The translations under genes were made by a program, and so were the position numbers. This document shows, one piece after another, positions 48,448 through 59,390 of a stretch of 64,000 bases of DNA; the first letter of the stretch is position 1, and each line of letters starts with the position of its first letter. Source of the stretch: Chloroflexota bacterium (GTDB taxonomy: Bacteria; Chloroflexota; UBA11872; VXNJ01); contig OZ253449.1 of NCBI GenBank assembly GCA_965261345.1, forward strand, positions 896,001 through 960,000. The letters run 5' to 3'. The notes beneath the pieces are model-generated. The model was not told the DNA's origin, did not search any database, and saw nothing but the letters and a program-made list of their open reading frames with translations.

Positions 48448-49205
48448 ACTCCCTGGGCAATCGTTATCAATTGCCCGAAGATTTGCGCCGCTAGCGAGGC
48501 GCCCCCCACCAGGGCGCCGTCGATGTCTTCCTGGACCGCGATTTCCGCCCAGTTGTCCGGGTTCACGCTTCCGCCGTAGAGCACGCGCAGGTCGGCGGCA
48601 GCGGAACCGAAGCGCTCAGATATCCAACCCCGCACCGTGCCGGCGGCGGCCCCGGCCTGGTCAGGGGAGGCGGTATGGCCGGTCCCGATCGCCCATACCG
48701 GTTCATAGGCGATGCTCAGGCGCCCGATTTGCGATTGGTCGACCGACCGCAGGCCAAGCTGCAGCTGCTCCCTAATCACACCGTCGGTGGCATCGGCCTG
48801 GCGTTGATCTAAGGTCTCGCCGACGCAGAGCATGACATCCAGGGAGGTTGCCAATGCCGTTGCCACCTTGGCACCGATCAGTTCCGAGGATTCGCCATAT
48901 ACGTGACGGCGTTCGGAATGCCCCAGCAGCACCAAGCTGCAGATTTCGGCCAGCATTGCCGCCGAAACCTCGCCGGTAAAGGCCCCGGCCGCAAGTTCGT
49001 GGGCGTTCTGTGCGCCCAGTCGGACCGGCCCGCCGGCCAGTGCTGAAGCGGTGGCCGGCAGCGAGACAAAGGACGCAAACAGGGCCACGTCAACACCTGG
49101 GTTGGCGCGGGCAAGAGGATTGACCTGGGCAGCCAGCTTGGCGGCCGCGGCCGGACCGAGATTCATCTTCCAGTTGCCGGCAACTAACAGCTTGCGCGAT
49201 TTCAT
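48441..49205 (-). CDS. tpiA: Triosephosphate isomerase
   Basis: AGNWKMN, GAFTGEVS, LGHSERR, AYEPVWAIGTG, LYGGSV, LVGGASL. Confidence 0.98.
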   Translation of the reverse strand: MKSRKLLVAGNWKMNLGPAAAAKLAAQVNPLARANPGVDVALFASFVSLPATASALAGGPVRLGAQNAHELAAGAFTGEVSAAMLAEICSLVLLGHSERRHVYGESSELIGAKVATALATSLDVMLCVGETLDQRQADATDGVIREQLQLGLRSVDQSQIGRLSIAYEPVWAIGTGHTASPDQAGAAAGTVRGWISERFGSAAADLRVLYGGSVNPDNWAEIAVQEDIDGALVGGASLAAQIFGQLITIAQGVQ

Positions 49206-49238
49206 ATGCACCCCATGTCGGCAGATTGGCGCAAGCGG

Positions 49239-52200
49239 TCAGGTCCGGGCGACCGCGATCTTGCGGTCGCGGTGACGGTGGCGCGCTTGATCAATGAATT
49301 TTGCCAACCAAATACCGGTGTGCGAGGCTTCATTGCCGGCGATTGCCATCGGCGACCCGCAACCGACCAACTGGCCGCCGCCGCGCCCGCCTTCCGGACC
49401 CAGATCGATTACAAAATCGGCCTGGGCGACGACCGCCAGGTCGTGCTCGATCGCAATTACCGTGTTGCCGGCATCGACTAAGCGATGGATCACCGCCAGC
49501 AGCTCCTGTACGTCGGCCGGATGCAGGCCGACCGTTGGCTCGTCGAAGATGTAGGCCGTGCGACCGGTGGCCGGCCGGGCCAATTCGGCGGCCAATTTCA
49601 CCCGTTGAGCCTCGCCGCCAGACAACGTGCGTGCCGATTGGCCCAGCCGCATGTAGCCCAAACCGACGTCATTTAATGCGTCGAGCGCGCGCTTTACTTT
49701 GGGAACGTGCGCAAAATGCTCGCGCGCCTGGGCGACCGTCATGGCCAGGACCTGGGCGATATTGGCGCCGCGGAAGCGGACACGAAGCGTCTGCTCGTTA
49801 AACCGCTGCCCCCCACAGACCTCGCATTGCATCTCAACGTCGGCTAGGAATTGCATCTGGATCCGGATCTGACCCTCACCGCGGCAGGATGGACAGCGCC
49901 CTCCGCCCTCATTGAAGGAGAACCGGCGGGTGCCAAAGCCCAGCGCGCGCGATTCCGGCAGACGCGCGTACAGGTCGCGGATGGAATCAAAGGCGCCGAC
50001 ATAGGTAATCGGCGTAGAGCGCCCGCTGCGGCCAATCGGCGACTGGTCGACGACGATCACCTTGTCGAGCTGCTCAACCCCTTCAAGCGAATCATGTGCC
50101 CCGGCCGGCTGCCCGGCGCGATGCAGTCGGACCCGCAGGGCTCGGGCCAATATCCCGTTTACCAGGGAGCTCTTGCCAGACCCCGAAACACCGGTCACCG
50201 CCACGAAGCAGGAAAGCGGGAATTCCACGTCGATATGGCAAAGATTGTTGTGGGCGGCCCCCTTAACAACCAGTTTTCCGCGCGGCGGGCGAGGGACCAT
50301 TTTCACGGTCATACGCCCCAGTCGGCCATCCAACGCCTGCCCGGTTAGCGAATCGGCCGCGATCACGTCGGCAACCTGGCCGCTTGCCGCGACGGCGCCA
50401 CCCAACTCGCCCGCCCGCGGGCCGATATCGATGATGTGGTCGGCCGCCCGGATGGTCTGCTCGTCGTGTTCAATCACGATAACCGTGTTGCCAGTGTCGC
50501 GCAGGCGCCGCAGCGACTGCAGCAGTTGGGCGATGTCGCGCGCGTGCAGACCGATCGTGGGTTCATCCAATACGTAGATCGCCCCGATCAGGCGGGTCCC
50601 GATCTGGGTGGCCAGGCGGATCCGCTGGGCCTCTCCGCCGGAAAGCGTGGCGGTCCGCCGGTCCAGGTCCAGGTATCCCAGGCCGACCTCTTGTAAAAAC
50701 GCCAACCGGTTGGCGATCTCGCGCAGCGCCGGGGCGGCGATATCGCGCTCATTGCGAGAGAGCCCAAACGCCTCTGGTTTTTCTTCCACCGCACCAAAAA
50801 ACTCGGCCGCGTCGGCAACCCCCAGCCGCAGCACCTGGGGAAGGGTGCGGCCGGCGAATTGGACCGCGGCCAGAACCGGCTGCAGGCGGTCGCCATCGCA
50901 CTGGCGGCAGCGGTCCAGCCGCATGAAACGCTCCAGGCGCTTCTGCCGATCGGGGTTTTGGGTACGCTCATGCCAACGCGCAAAAAGCGGCACGAAACCT
51001 TCCCAACAGCGTCGGCTGATCCATTCGCTCTCGCCATCGGCATTGGAGAATTCAGCCCGACTTTCGATCTCCGCATCGCCGGATCCGTGGAGCAGAATCT
51101 GCTGGTGCTCGGGCGGCAGATCCTGCCAGGCGGCGTAGAGGTTGATGCCGAAGTGGCCGGCGAGAGCGGTCGCCCAACGCCCCCACCAATGCCCCATCGG
51201 GTCGGATTCGATCAATGCCACTGCCCCGGCGGCGTAGGACCGGGTCCGGTCGGGCACCGCCAGATCGGCATCTATCTGGAGCAGCGAGCCAAGGCCATCG
51301 CAGGCCGGGCAGGCTCCCGAGTAAGAGTTAAAGGAGAAATGTCGCGGCGTAAGGTCGCTACCCAGTCCGGCCCCGCACTCGGCGCAGGTGGCCGAGGTCG
51401 TAAAGGCTTGGGTCACCGCCTCGCCATCGGGCCAGGTCAGCTGGGCGACCAGCCGACCGCCCCCGCGGGCGAGCGCCAGTTCGACCGAATCACCCAGGCG
51501 GTCGCGGCGATCGGGGCGAATCACCAGGCGGTCGACAATCACCTCGACCTCGGAGTTGTCATCAATCGCCGGCAGCTCCGGCGGCAGAGCCGCCAGGTCC
51601 AGGATCCTGTCGGCCAGCCGGGCGCGGACAAAGCCTTCGCGCAGCAGGCCCGCCAGCTGCTCGGGCAATCCGACCTGTGATTCGACCGCCACCGGGGCCG
51701 CCAGCAGCAGGCGGCTGCCGATCGGATGCCCGGCCAAGGCATCGGCTATCTGGGTTGAGGTCATTCCGGAAATGTCGCCGTGCCCATTGGGGCAGTAAGG
51801 CCGCCCGGCCCGAGCGTAGAGAACGCGCAGGTAGTCATGGATTTCGGTAGCGGTTGCCACCAGCGAGCGCGGGGTGCGCGAAGCATTCTCCTGGGAGATC
51901 GCAATCGCCGGGGCCAGGCCGCTGATCGATTCGACCTGGGCATCGTCGGGCCGGCCGAGAAATTGGCGAGCGTAGGCCGAGAGGCATTCCACGAAACGCC
52001 GCTGCCCCTCCGCGAATATGGTGTCCATCGCCAGGGTGGATTTGCCCGATCCCGAGACCCCGGTTACCACGGTCAGCTGGTTCTTGGGGATTTCGACATC
52101 GATCGCCTTGAGGTTGTGCTTGCTGGCGCCCTTGATCGTTAGCATCCGGTCGTGATTCGGGCCCCCGGTTTTTCGCTTCACGGCGGCGACCGCAGACGTT

Positions 52201-55040
52201 CTACCGGCCAGGCACTCGGCGAGCATTTCACCGGTATAGGAGCCGGGAGTGGCGGCGCAACCCTCAGGGGTGCCGCTAAAGACGAGCTCGCCGCCGCCGG
52301 CCCCGCCATCGGGGCCCAGATCGATAACCCAGTCGGCGCACTTAATAACGTCCGAATTGTGCTCGACCACCACCACCGTGTTGCCGCTATCGGTTAGCCG
52401 GTCGAGCATTGCGATCAGGCGTTTGACGTCGGCAAAGTGCAGCCCGGTGGTGGGTTCATCAAGGATGTAGAAGGTTTGACCGGTCGAGGGCCGGGACAGC
52501 TCGCTGGCCAATTTGATCCGCTGGGCCTCGCCGCCGGAAAGCGTCGGGGCCGGCTGTCCCAGCTGGAGATAGCCGAGACCGACGTCCGCCAGGGTTTGCA
52601 GGATCCGGGCGACGGTCGGCAAATTGGCGAAAAATTCGAGCGCCTCATCGATCCGCATCGCCAGCACATCGGCAATGCTCTTCCCCTTGAACCGAACCTT
52701 TAGCGTCTCGCGGTTAAATCGCAGGGACTCGCAAACCTCGCATTTGACCTCGACGTCGCCCATGAACTGCATTTCGATCTGGCGGTAACCACGGCCCTTG
52801 CAGGCCTCGCAGCGCCCGCCGGCGACATTGAAGGAGAACCGCCCCGGAAGATAGCCGCGCGCCCGGGCCTCGGGCAGCTGGGCGAACAAGCGGCGGATCG
52901 GTGAAAACACCCCGGTATAGGTAGCGGGATTGGAGCGCGGGTTGCGGCCGATCGGCTGCTGGTCGATCTCGATGACCTTGTCGATGTGCTCGATCCCCTC
53001 AATCCGATCGTGGGCTCCGGGATCGCGCTGCGCCCGGTGCAGGGTTCGGGCCAGCGCCCGCCGCACAACATCGTCAACCAGCGACGATTTTCCCGATCCC
53101 GATACCCCGGTGACCACGATCAACATGCCCAGCGGGAAATCCACGTCGAGGTTTGCCAGGTTGTTGGCACGCGCGCCGCGCACCCCCAGGAATTGCCCGT
53201 TGCCGGTTCGGCGCGCGGCGGGAATCTCGATCCGCTGTTCCCCGCGCAGGTAGGCGGCGGTCAGCGATCGCTGGCTGGCCAGCAGCTGGGCCGGCGAACC
53301 GGCCGCGACCACCTGCCCACCATCGTCGCCCGCGCCCGGCCCAAAGTCGACGACCTGGTCGGCTGAGCGAATGGTCTGCTCATCGTGCTCGACCACCACC
53401 ACCGTGTTGCCGCGCTCACGCAGCGCCCCCAGGGTCTCCAGCAGTCCGGCGTTGTCCTTGTGGTGGAGCCCGATCGAGGGTTCATCTAGTACGTAGAGGA
53501 CCCCTTCCAGGCGGGATCCGATCTGCGCCGCCAGCCGAATCCGCTGGGCCTCGCCGCCCGACAGGGTTGGGGCGCGCCGGTCGAGTGCCAGATATCCGAG
53601 GCCGACCTTTTCCAAAAATTCCAGTCGTGACTGGATTTCACGCAGGATTTGGGCCGCGATCTGAGTGGTGCGCTGGTCGAAGTCGAGCCTGCCCAGATGG
53701 GCCCGCGCCACATCGACCGTAAAGGCCAGGGTCTGGGCGATATTGATCCCGCCGACGAACACCGCCAGGGCCTCGGGCCGTAGCCGGGCACCCTTGCACT
53801 TTGGACACGGCTGATCGCTCATATAGGGCAGGGCCCAGGCAGCAATTTCAGAGCCCTTGCGGCAGCGTCCACGCAGAATCGGCAGAATTCCACGCCAGGT
53901 CTTCTGGCGGGTTGCCACCCTGCGGTAGCGACCGTCGCCGGTGGCGCGGTCGACCCGCTCGGTATATTTCCGCCGGCCGGCCCCGTGCAGGATCAGGTCG
54001 CGGGCCGATTGCGGCAATTGATTCCAGGGTGTGAGCGGTGAGAATCCAAAGGCGTCGGCAAGCGAATCCCAGGATTGCTCGTCCATCCGCAGGTAAAGGG
54101 TCCAGCCGGAGCGGTTGGTCAGGGCCAGCGCCCCGTCGGCGATAGAGCGCTCGGGTTCGGTGACCAGCTTGGCCGCGTCAAAGTCAAAGGTTGTGCCAAT
54201 CCCATGACAGGCCGGGCAGGCGCCGCGCCGGCTGTTGAACGAAAAAAGCGCCGGCTCGGGCGGCTCCACCCCGGCCCCGCAGTTAGGGCAACCATGACCG
54301 GAGCTATACGTTGCCCGGCCATTGCCCCAATCGGCCAAGAGAAGACCGTCGGCCAGTTCCAGGGCGGTCTCGACCGCACCGGTGATGCGGTCCAGTCCAA
54401 CCGATCCGATGCGCAGGCGGTCCACCACGACCTCGATATCGTGCCAGCGGGTCCGCGCCAGCTCGGGCAGCGGGTCCAGCCGGCGGACCTCGCCGTCGAT
54501 GCGGGCGCGGACGTACCCGCGGGCCCTCAACTCGGCAAGCAATTTGCGATGTTCGCCGCGGCGATGTCGCACCACCGGCGCCAGCAGCAACACCTGTGTT
54601 CGCTCGGGGATCAGCGCCACTTGGCGGGCAATTTGCTGTGGGCTGAGCGATTCGATCGCCGACCCGCATTCATGGCAATTTAGCTTGCCGGCGCGAGCGT
54701 ACAGGAGCCGCAAGTAGTCGGAGATCTCGGTGATCGTCCCAACCGTCGAACGCGGGTTGCGGCCGGCACTTTTCTGGTCGATTGCGGCGGCCGGGGCAAG
54801 GCCCTCAATGTGTTCGACCAGCGGCCGTTCCAGCTGCCCCAGGAACTGCCGCGCGTACGAGGAGAGCGATTCGACGTAGCGCCGCTGGCCCTCTTTGAAA
54901 ATCGTATCGAACGCAAGCGAAGACTTGCCCGAACCGCTTATCCCGGTAAATACCGTAAGGGATTCGTGCAGTATTTCTAGATCAACGGCCTTGAGATTGT
55001 GCTCGCTGGCACCGCGGATCGAGATTGCCTGGATCGGCAG
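49239..55040 (-). CDS. uvrA: Excinuclease ABC subunit A, tandem-duplicated form with four ABC domains (about 1933 aa)
   Basis: Four GxSGSGKS Walker A and four LSGGEAQR signatures; frame stays open 109 codons upstream of the listed ORF (IRGASEHNLK, FTGISGSGKSS); start inferred at CTG 55040. Confidence 0.93.
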   Translation of the reverse strand: MPIQAISIRGASEHNLKAVDLEILHESLTVFTGISGSGKSSLAFDTIFKEGQRRYVESLSSYARQFLGQLERPLVEHIEGLAPAAAIDQKSAGRNPRSTVGTITEISDYLRLLYARAGKLNCHECGSAIESLSPQQIARQVALIPERTQVLLLAPVVRHRRGEHRKLLAELRARGYVRARIDGEVRRLDPLPELARTRWHDIEVVVDRLRIGSVGLDRITGAVETALELADGLLLADWGNGRATYSSGHGCPNCGAGVEPPEPALFSFNSRRGACPACHGIGTTFDFDAAKLVTEPERSIADGALALTNRSGWTLYLRMDEQSWDSLADAFGFSPLTPWNQLPQSARDLILHGAGRRKYTERVDRATGDGRYRRVATRQKTWRGILPILRGRCRKGSEIAAWALPYMSDQPCPKCKGARLRPEALAVFVGGINIAQTLAFTVDVARAHLGRLDFDQRTTQIAAQILREIQSRLEFLEKVGLGYLALDRRAPTLSGGEAQRIRLAAQIGSRLEGVLYVLDEPSIGLHHKDNAGLLETLGALRERGNTVVVVEHDEQTIRSADQVVDFGPGAGDDGGQVVAAGSPAQLLASQRSLTAAYLRGEQRIEIPAARRTGNGQFLGVRGARANNLANLDVDFPLGMLIVVTGVSGSGKSSLVDDVVRRALARTLHRAQRDPGAHDRIEGIEHIDKVIEIDQQPIGRNPRSNPATYTGVFSPIRRLFAQLPEARARGYLPGRFSFNVAGGRCEACKGRGYRQIEMQFMGDVEVKCEVCESLRFNRETLKVRFKGKSIADVLAMRIDEALEFFANLPTVARILQTLADVGLGYLQLGQPAPTLSGGEAQRIKLASELSRPSTGQTFYILDEPTTGLHFADVKRLIAMLDRLTDSGNTVVVVEHNSDVIKCADWVIDLGPDGGAGGGELVFSGTPEGCAATPGSYTGEMLAECLAGRTSAVAAVKRKTGGPNHDRMLTIKGASKHNLKAIDVEIPKNQLTVVTGVSGSGKSTLAMDTIFAEGQRRFVECLSAYARQFLGRPDDAQVESISGLAPAIAISQENASRTPRSLVATATEIHDYLRVLYARAGRPYCPNGHGDISGMTSTQIADALAGHPIGSRLLLAAPVAVESQVGLPEQLAGLLREGFVRARLADRILDLAALPPELPAIDDNSEVEVIVDRLVIRPDRRDRLGDSVELALARGGGRLVAQLTWPDGEAVTQAFTTSATCAECGAGLGSDLTPRHFSFNSYSGACPACDGLGSLLQIDADLAVPDRTRSYAAGAVALIESDPMGHWWGRWATALAGHFGINLYAAWQDLPPEHQQILLHGSGDAEIESRAEFSNADGESEWISRRCWEGFVPLFARWHERTQNPDRQKRLERFMRLDRCRQCDGDRLQPVLAAVQFAGRTLPQVLRLGVADAAEFFGAVEEKPEAFGLSRNERDIAAPALREIANRLAFLQEVGLGYLDLDRRTATLSGGEAQRIRLATQIGTRLIGAIYVLDEPTIGLHARDIAQLLQSLRRLRDTGNTVIVIEHDEQTIRAADHIIDIGPRAGELGGAVAASGQVADVIAADSLTGQALDGRLGRMTVKMVPRPPRGKLVVKGAAHNNLCHIDVEFPLSCFVAVTGVSGSGKSSLVNGILARALRVRLHRAGQPAGAHDSLEGVEQLDKVIVVDQSPIGRSGRSTPITYVGAFDSIRDLYARLPESRALGFGTRRFSFNEGGGRCPSCRGEGQIRIQMQFLADVEMQCEVCGGQRFNEQTLRVRFRGANIAQVLAMTVAQAREHFAHVPKVKRALDALNDVGLGYMRLGQSARTLSGGEAQRVKLAAELARPATGRTAYIFDEPTVGLHPADVQELLAVIHRLVDAGNTVIAIEHDLAVVAQADFVIDLGPEGGRGGGQLVGCGSPMAIAGNEASHTGIWLAKFIDQARHRHRDRKIAVART

Positions 55041-55156
55041 GCGGTCAAACTCCCGTCATTTGGCCGCCGCGTGGCCGCCAAAAAAGCAAAGGATTCAATT
55101 ATCGGGCGGATCCGTGGGCCGGTTCAAAATACCCGGGCCCAGGCCCGGGGCGTTGG

Positions 55157-55324
55157 TCAGGCTGGCTTATCCTGGCGGTTGCCGCAACGCTCGCAGGCCC
55201 AATAGCGTTCGCGTTTGAGCCCCAGCATGCTCTTGCGTTCGCGCAACTGAATATTGGTGTTCTGGCGACAGGCGCTGCATTCGGCCACGATCACATCACC
55301 TACGCGGTGGTTGGTATCCCCCAT
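55157..55324 (-). CDS. Small zinc-ribbon protein (55 aa)
   Basis: GGGAGGGAG RBS, ATG 55324; CSAC..CERC. Confidence 0.6.
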   Translation of the reverse strand: MGDTNHRVGDVIVAECSACRQNTNIQLRERKSMLGLKRERYWACERCGNRQDKPA

Positions 55325-55451
55325 GGTCTCCCTCCCGATGATTACCTTGTGCCAATAGACTTTCAATATAAAGCAGCGGTAGCCCCGATTCCGACATGCG
55401 GCTGTCTTTATCTGCCCGAAACAACAATCCCACTGTCCAGGCGGCCAGGCG

Positions 55452-55727
55452 ATGAAAGTTAACGTGCGCATCCCACGGGTATTGCGCGGCCACACCGGCG
55501 GCCAGGCGATCGTGGAGCTTGAGGCGGCCACCGTGGCCGAATTGCTCGATTCCCTTTACTCGACCTACCCGAGCTTGCGTGAATCACTAGGTGGCGGGGG
55601 CGATGAGGTCCTAAATTTCACCAACTTCTTCATCAATGACACCGAAGTTACCGCCGTTGGCGGCCTCACGGCCCGACTCGCCGACGGCGACACGGTGACC
55701 ATATTGCCGTCGATGGCAGGCGGCTGA
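55452..55727 (+). CDS. MoaD/ThiS-family ubiquitin-like sulfur carrier
   Basis: V.IP..LR..TGG, TVAELL..L, L.DGD.VTILPSMAGG with C-terminal GG. Confidence 0.92.
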   Translation: MKVNVRIPRVLRGHTGGQAIVELEAATVAELLDSLYSTYPSLRESLGGGGDEVLNFTNFFINDTEVTAVGGLTARLADGDTVTILPSMAGG

Positions 55728-55734
55728 ACCCGGC

Positions 55735-56649
55735 TTAGGCGCTTTTACGCTCGCCTAGCAGCGCGTTGACAAACTGCTCTGGGTCGAACTCGGCAAGGTC
55801 GTCGATCCCCTCGCCGACTCCCACAAATTTGATCGGCAGCCCCAGCTCACTGGCCACCATGAACGCCGCACCACCCTTGGCCGACCCATCCAGTTTGCTT
55901 ATCACGACACCGTCCAGACCGATGCTGGCGGCAAATTGCCCGGCCTGGGCGATCCCATTGAGGCCGCTCATTCCATCCAGCACGATCAGCTTTTGGTGCG
56001 GTGCACCGGCGATCCTCCGGCCCACCACGCGACAGATTTTCTCCAGTTCCCGCATCAGGCCGGCATTGTTCTGCAACCGACCGGCGGTATCGACGATCAG
56101 GTAGTCGGCCCCGCTGGCCTGCGCGGCGCTGGCCGCATCATAGACCACCGATCCGGGATCGGAGCCGGGAGCCTGGGCCACAACCCGCATGTTCAGGCGA
56201 GCTCCCCAATGCTGCAACTGGGCGATTGCCCCGGCCCGAAAGGTATCGGCGGCGGCAAGCACCACCTCATGGCCGTCGGACTGCAGGCGCGCCGCCAGCT
56301 TGGCGATAGTGGTGGTCTTGCCCGAACCGTTGACCCCGACGACGACTATCACCGCCGGTCGAGCGGGCGGTGGCAGGGTGCAATCGCGTCGGCCCAGGGC
56401 GGTGATTAATTTTTCGCGTGCCAGTTCCCGCAATTGGTCACCTGAAGTGACCGGCGCAGTGCGCAGTTGCTCGACAAGTCCGGTGGCAAAGTCCGGGCCA
56501 ACGTCGGAACTAATCAGCAGGTCTTCAAGTTCCTCCCAATCGGCATCGCCGAGTCGCTGCCGCCCGATGACCCCAAGAACCTGGTTGGCAAATCCGGCAC
56601 GCAGGCGGGCCATCCCGGAGAAGAGTTTGCCCCGATCAGCTCTGGTCAC
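55735..56649 (-). CDS. ftsY: SRP receptor FtsY (NG-only form)
   Basis: [47 protein letters not shown]; GTG 56649 is the likely start. Confidence 0.96.
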   Translation of the reverse strand: MTRADRGKLFSGMARLRAGFANQVLGVIGRQRLGDADWEELEDLLISSDVGPDFATGLVEQLRTAPVTSGDQLRELAREKLITALGRRDCTLPPPARPAVIVVVGVNGSGKTTTIAKLAARLQSDGHEVVLAAADTFRAGAIAQLQHWGARLNMRVVAQAPGSDPGSVVYDAASAAQASGADYLIVDTAGRLQNNAGLMRELEKICRVVGRRIAGAPHQKLIVLDGMSGLNGIAQAGQFAASIGLDGVVISKLDGSAKGGAAFMVASELGLPIKFVGVGEGIDDLAEFDPEQFVNALLGERKSA

Positions 56650-57694
56650 GGTCGCGCAAGCCTGGGGTGGGGGAGGGCAGCGGCTCGGGGCCAAACAGCC
56701 CGATCTCGGCTGCTGACACATACAGTCGGCTTCCGTGGTTGGAATTTATTCGCAGCAGATACCAGCTGGCTTCGCTGCGGTCGGGATCATCGGCGAGCCC
56801 GAGCGGATTGGCGCCAATCCGCTCGGGCACGAAGAAGGAACCCAACCAAGTGAGTTCGCTGGCGCCAAATTGCGGGTCGGTACTTGCCGAATAGATTTCA
56901 AATTCGGCCACAAATGAATCGGTCGGTTCAAGTTCGTGATTCCAGATCACCACCTTGGCCAGTGGGAACGGTTTTTCACTCCAAAAAACCAGGTCCAGCG
57001 GAAGATTTGGAATTTCCGATCGCCAACCGGGCAACTGGGGTTCGAAAAGGCCATCCACCAGCCGCGGGGACGTATGCCACTCCGACTGGGGGACGCCCAC
57101 CACCTGGCCGGAACTGAAGCGATGATCGAGCGCGACGCCATTGATCTGAGCGATGTCGCCAGCTCCCACCCGCAGGCGGTCGGCCAGGCCTACAACGCTG
57201 GTGTCGCCCTCCAGCACAAGGTGGCGGGTAGCCGGTTCAACAACCCTCGCTCCACCGCCATTTATCAACTCGACCAAGTCGATTCCCTGGCCATCAAGTG
57301 AAAAATCCTGGGTGAATCCCACCCGCGCGCGGCGGATGGTCTCGTAGGGGACTGGTGCCGAGGCCAGGTTGACAAAAACCGCGCTCGCCCCGCCGACGAT
57401 CAGCAAAAGGGCGGCCAACATCGTCATCATCACCGCGGTTCGGGGCGAGCGCAGTCGCGTTAGGAAATTGCGGTAGGTGAAACGCCGTTCCTGGGCCAAC
57501 CGTTCCGCCAGCGCGATTTCTTCAGCGCATTTGGGGCAGACTTGCACACTGGAAACCGACGACAGCGCCCGCTTGGAATAGAAGCGGCGACAGCGTCCGC
57601 AGGGATCGGTCGCCGGGTGGGTGGGAAAGTAAGGGCAACGCCTGCGCGAGAGGGATCCGGCAAGATTGCGATCGCGGCCGGGTTGGCTCTTCAC
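56636..57694 (-). CDS. Hypothetical membrane-anchored protein (Cys/His N-terminal finger, TM, discoidin-like C-terminal domain)
   Basis: [18 protein letters not shown], one [32 protein letters not shown]. Confidence 0.6.
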   Translation of the reverse strand: MKSQPGRDRNLAGSLSRRRCPYFPTHPATDPCGRCRRFYSKRALSSVSSVQVCPKCAEEIALAERLAQERRFTYRNFLTRLRSPRTAVMMTMLAALLLIVGGASAVFVNLASAPVPYETIRRARVGFTQDFSLDGQGIDLVELINGGGARVVEPATRHLVLEGDTSVVGLADRLRVGAGDIAQINGVALDHRFSSGQVVGVPQSEWHTSPRLVDGLFEPQLPGWRSEIPNLPLDLVFWSEKPFPLAKVVIWNHELEPTDSFVAEFEIYSASTDPQFGASELTWLGSFFVPERIGANPLGLADDPDRSEASWYLLRINSNHGSRLYVSAAEIGLFGPEPLPSPTPGLRDRDQS

Positions 57695-57717
57695 CGGCCC
57701 ACCGGTCGGGCAGACTT

Positions 57718-57936
57718 TTAGCGGCGGGCGGTGTGCCGCAAGTCGACCACCGGTTCGTTCATGTAGACCTCGCCGTTGCGGATCTTGAGATTGAACTTGC
57801 AGATTGGGTTGGTGCAGACCCAGGCCTTGTAATGGACCGATGCGCCATGGCCACCGAAATCTGACAGCGGCACCAGCACGCCCTCGCCGCAGGACATGCA
57901 GTCAGGAAATTGCGACTCGGTGTACGATTCGTCCAC
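57718..57936 (-). CDS. Small zinc-ribbon protein
   Basis: GGAGGT RBS before GTG; CMSC..G.LVPLSD..WVCTNPIC. Confidence 0.75.
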   Translation of the reverse strand: MDESYTESQFPDCMSCGEGVLVPLSDFGGHGASVHYKAWVCTNPICKFNLKIRNGEVYMNEPVVDLRHTARR

Positions 57937-58050
57937 ACAACCTCCTAGGCAGTTGTCCACCAGGCCCGATCCCCGTGCCCAGAATAATTGAGGTCAATCC
58001 AACCTTCGGCCAGCGGCGCCATCCTACTAGCCGAACTCATTGTAGTTGGC

Positions 58051-59376
58051 TCAGACGCCGGCTGTTGGCCTGCCCGCTCGATAGGATTCCAGCAGAATTT
58101 GGGCCAGGTGCTCAACCGGCAGGCCGGACTGGCGCTTTGCCAAACCCTGCGCCAAATGCATTTGGCACCCCGGATTGGTGGTAATTAGGCGATCGGCGCC
58201 GGTGGCCTCGATGGTGTCCAACTTTTCATCGCGAATTTGACCTGAGACCTCGGGGTTGAGCAGGCTGTAGATGCCGGCATTGCCGCAGCAAAGATACGGT
58301 CGCTCGGGCTCCACCAGCTCCAGCCCGGGTATCGCCCCGAGCAACTCCCGCGGTTGGGCGGTGATTTTCTGGGCGTGCCGCAGATGGCAGGCATCCTGAT
58401 AACAGACCCGCGCCGGCACCGGCCCAAGGTTTCCGACCAATCCGATTCGCCCGAGCCACTCGGAAAGATCGTAAACGTTGGCCGATACCCGGTCGGCCCG
58501 AGCCGACCAGCGCGGGTCATCCGAAAGCATGTGGGCCCATTCCTTGGCCGAAGATCCGCAGCCGGCCGAGTTGATCACGATTGCGTCGAGGGTGGGATCG
58601 TCGAAGGCGGCCACGTTCTTGCGGGCCATGGCCCGACCGGTGGCCCGGTCGCCGTTGTGCCAATTTAGCCCGCCACAGCACCCTTGGGCCTTTGGCACGA
58701 CGACTTCACATCCGTTTTGCGCCAGGACGGCGATGGTGGCCCGGTTGACTTCGGCGAAGGCCACCTGCATGATGCAGCCGGCCAGCAGGCCCACCCGGTA
58801 GCGACGGGTGCCGATCGCCGGGACCTGGGTCACGTCACTTGGGCCGCAGAAGCGGCGGGCAATGCGCGGGGCCGATCGCGCCGCGTTGGCCAATTTGCTC
58901 GGGAGGAGATCTAACAGGCGCAGGCGATCGGCGGCTCGGTCCAGGGCCAGAAGTTGCACCAGGCCTAACCCGCGCGCCAGGATCCGCAGCAACCAGGTTC
59001 GACCTAGGACGATGCGCAGCAGCGAATTGGCGGTGGCCATTCCGGGCGGGAGGTTGCCGGCCATCGTCGCCTGCGCCCTAGCTGCCTCGATGATCTGGCC
59101 GTATTCAACTCCCGACGGGCAGGCCGATTCACAACCGCGGCAGTCCAGGCACAAAAAGATGTGTTGTGAAAAGGACGGTTCGTCCAATCCGAGGCGCCCT
59201 TCGTGTACCGCCCGCACCAGCTCGATGCGGCCCCGCGGGGAATCGGTCTCCACCCGGAGGGCGCGGTAGGTGGGGCACTCCGCCAGGCACATTCCGCAGT
59301 GAATGCAAGTAGATATCAACCCCGCATCGGGGGCATCGATCGCCGTGAATATGGATTGCGGGGGCTTGACCGACAT
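58051..59376 (-). CDS. glcF: Glycolate oxidase iron-sulfur subunit
   Basis: CIHCGMCLAECPTY, CLDCRGCESACPSGV, two CCG domains, YQDACHL. Confidence 0.93.
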   Translation of the reverse strand: MSVKPPQSIFTAIDAPDAGLISTCIHCGMCLAECPTYRALRVETDSPRGRIELVRAVHEGRLGLDEPSFSQHIFLCLDCRGCESACPSGVEYGQIIEAARAQATMAGNLPPGMATANSLLRIVLGRTWLLRILARGLGLVQLLALDRAADRLRLLDLLPSKLANAARSAPRIARRFCGPSDVTQVPAIGTRRYRVGLLAGCIMQVAFAEVNRATIAVLAQNGCEVVVPKAQGCCGGLNWHNGDRATGRAMARKNVAAFDDPTLDAIVINSAGCGSSAKEWAHMLSDDPRWSARADRVSANVYDLSEWLGRIGLVGNLGPVPARVCYQDACHLRHAQKITAQPRELLGAIPGLELVEPERPYLCCGNAGIYSLLNPEVSGQIRDEKLDTIEATGADRLITTNPGCQMHLAQGLAKRQSGLPVEHLAQILLESYRAGRPTAGV

Positions 59377-59390
59377 GGGGTGGGCTCCGA

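Noticed and set aside
54680-54916. Apparent frameshift at the uvrA 5' end
   Set aside because: Hand translation shows the main frame is continuous to ~55055; only the start codon is unusual
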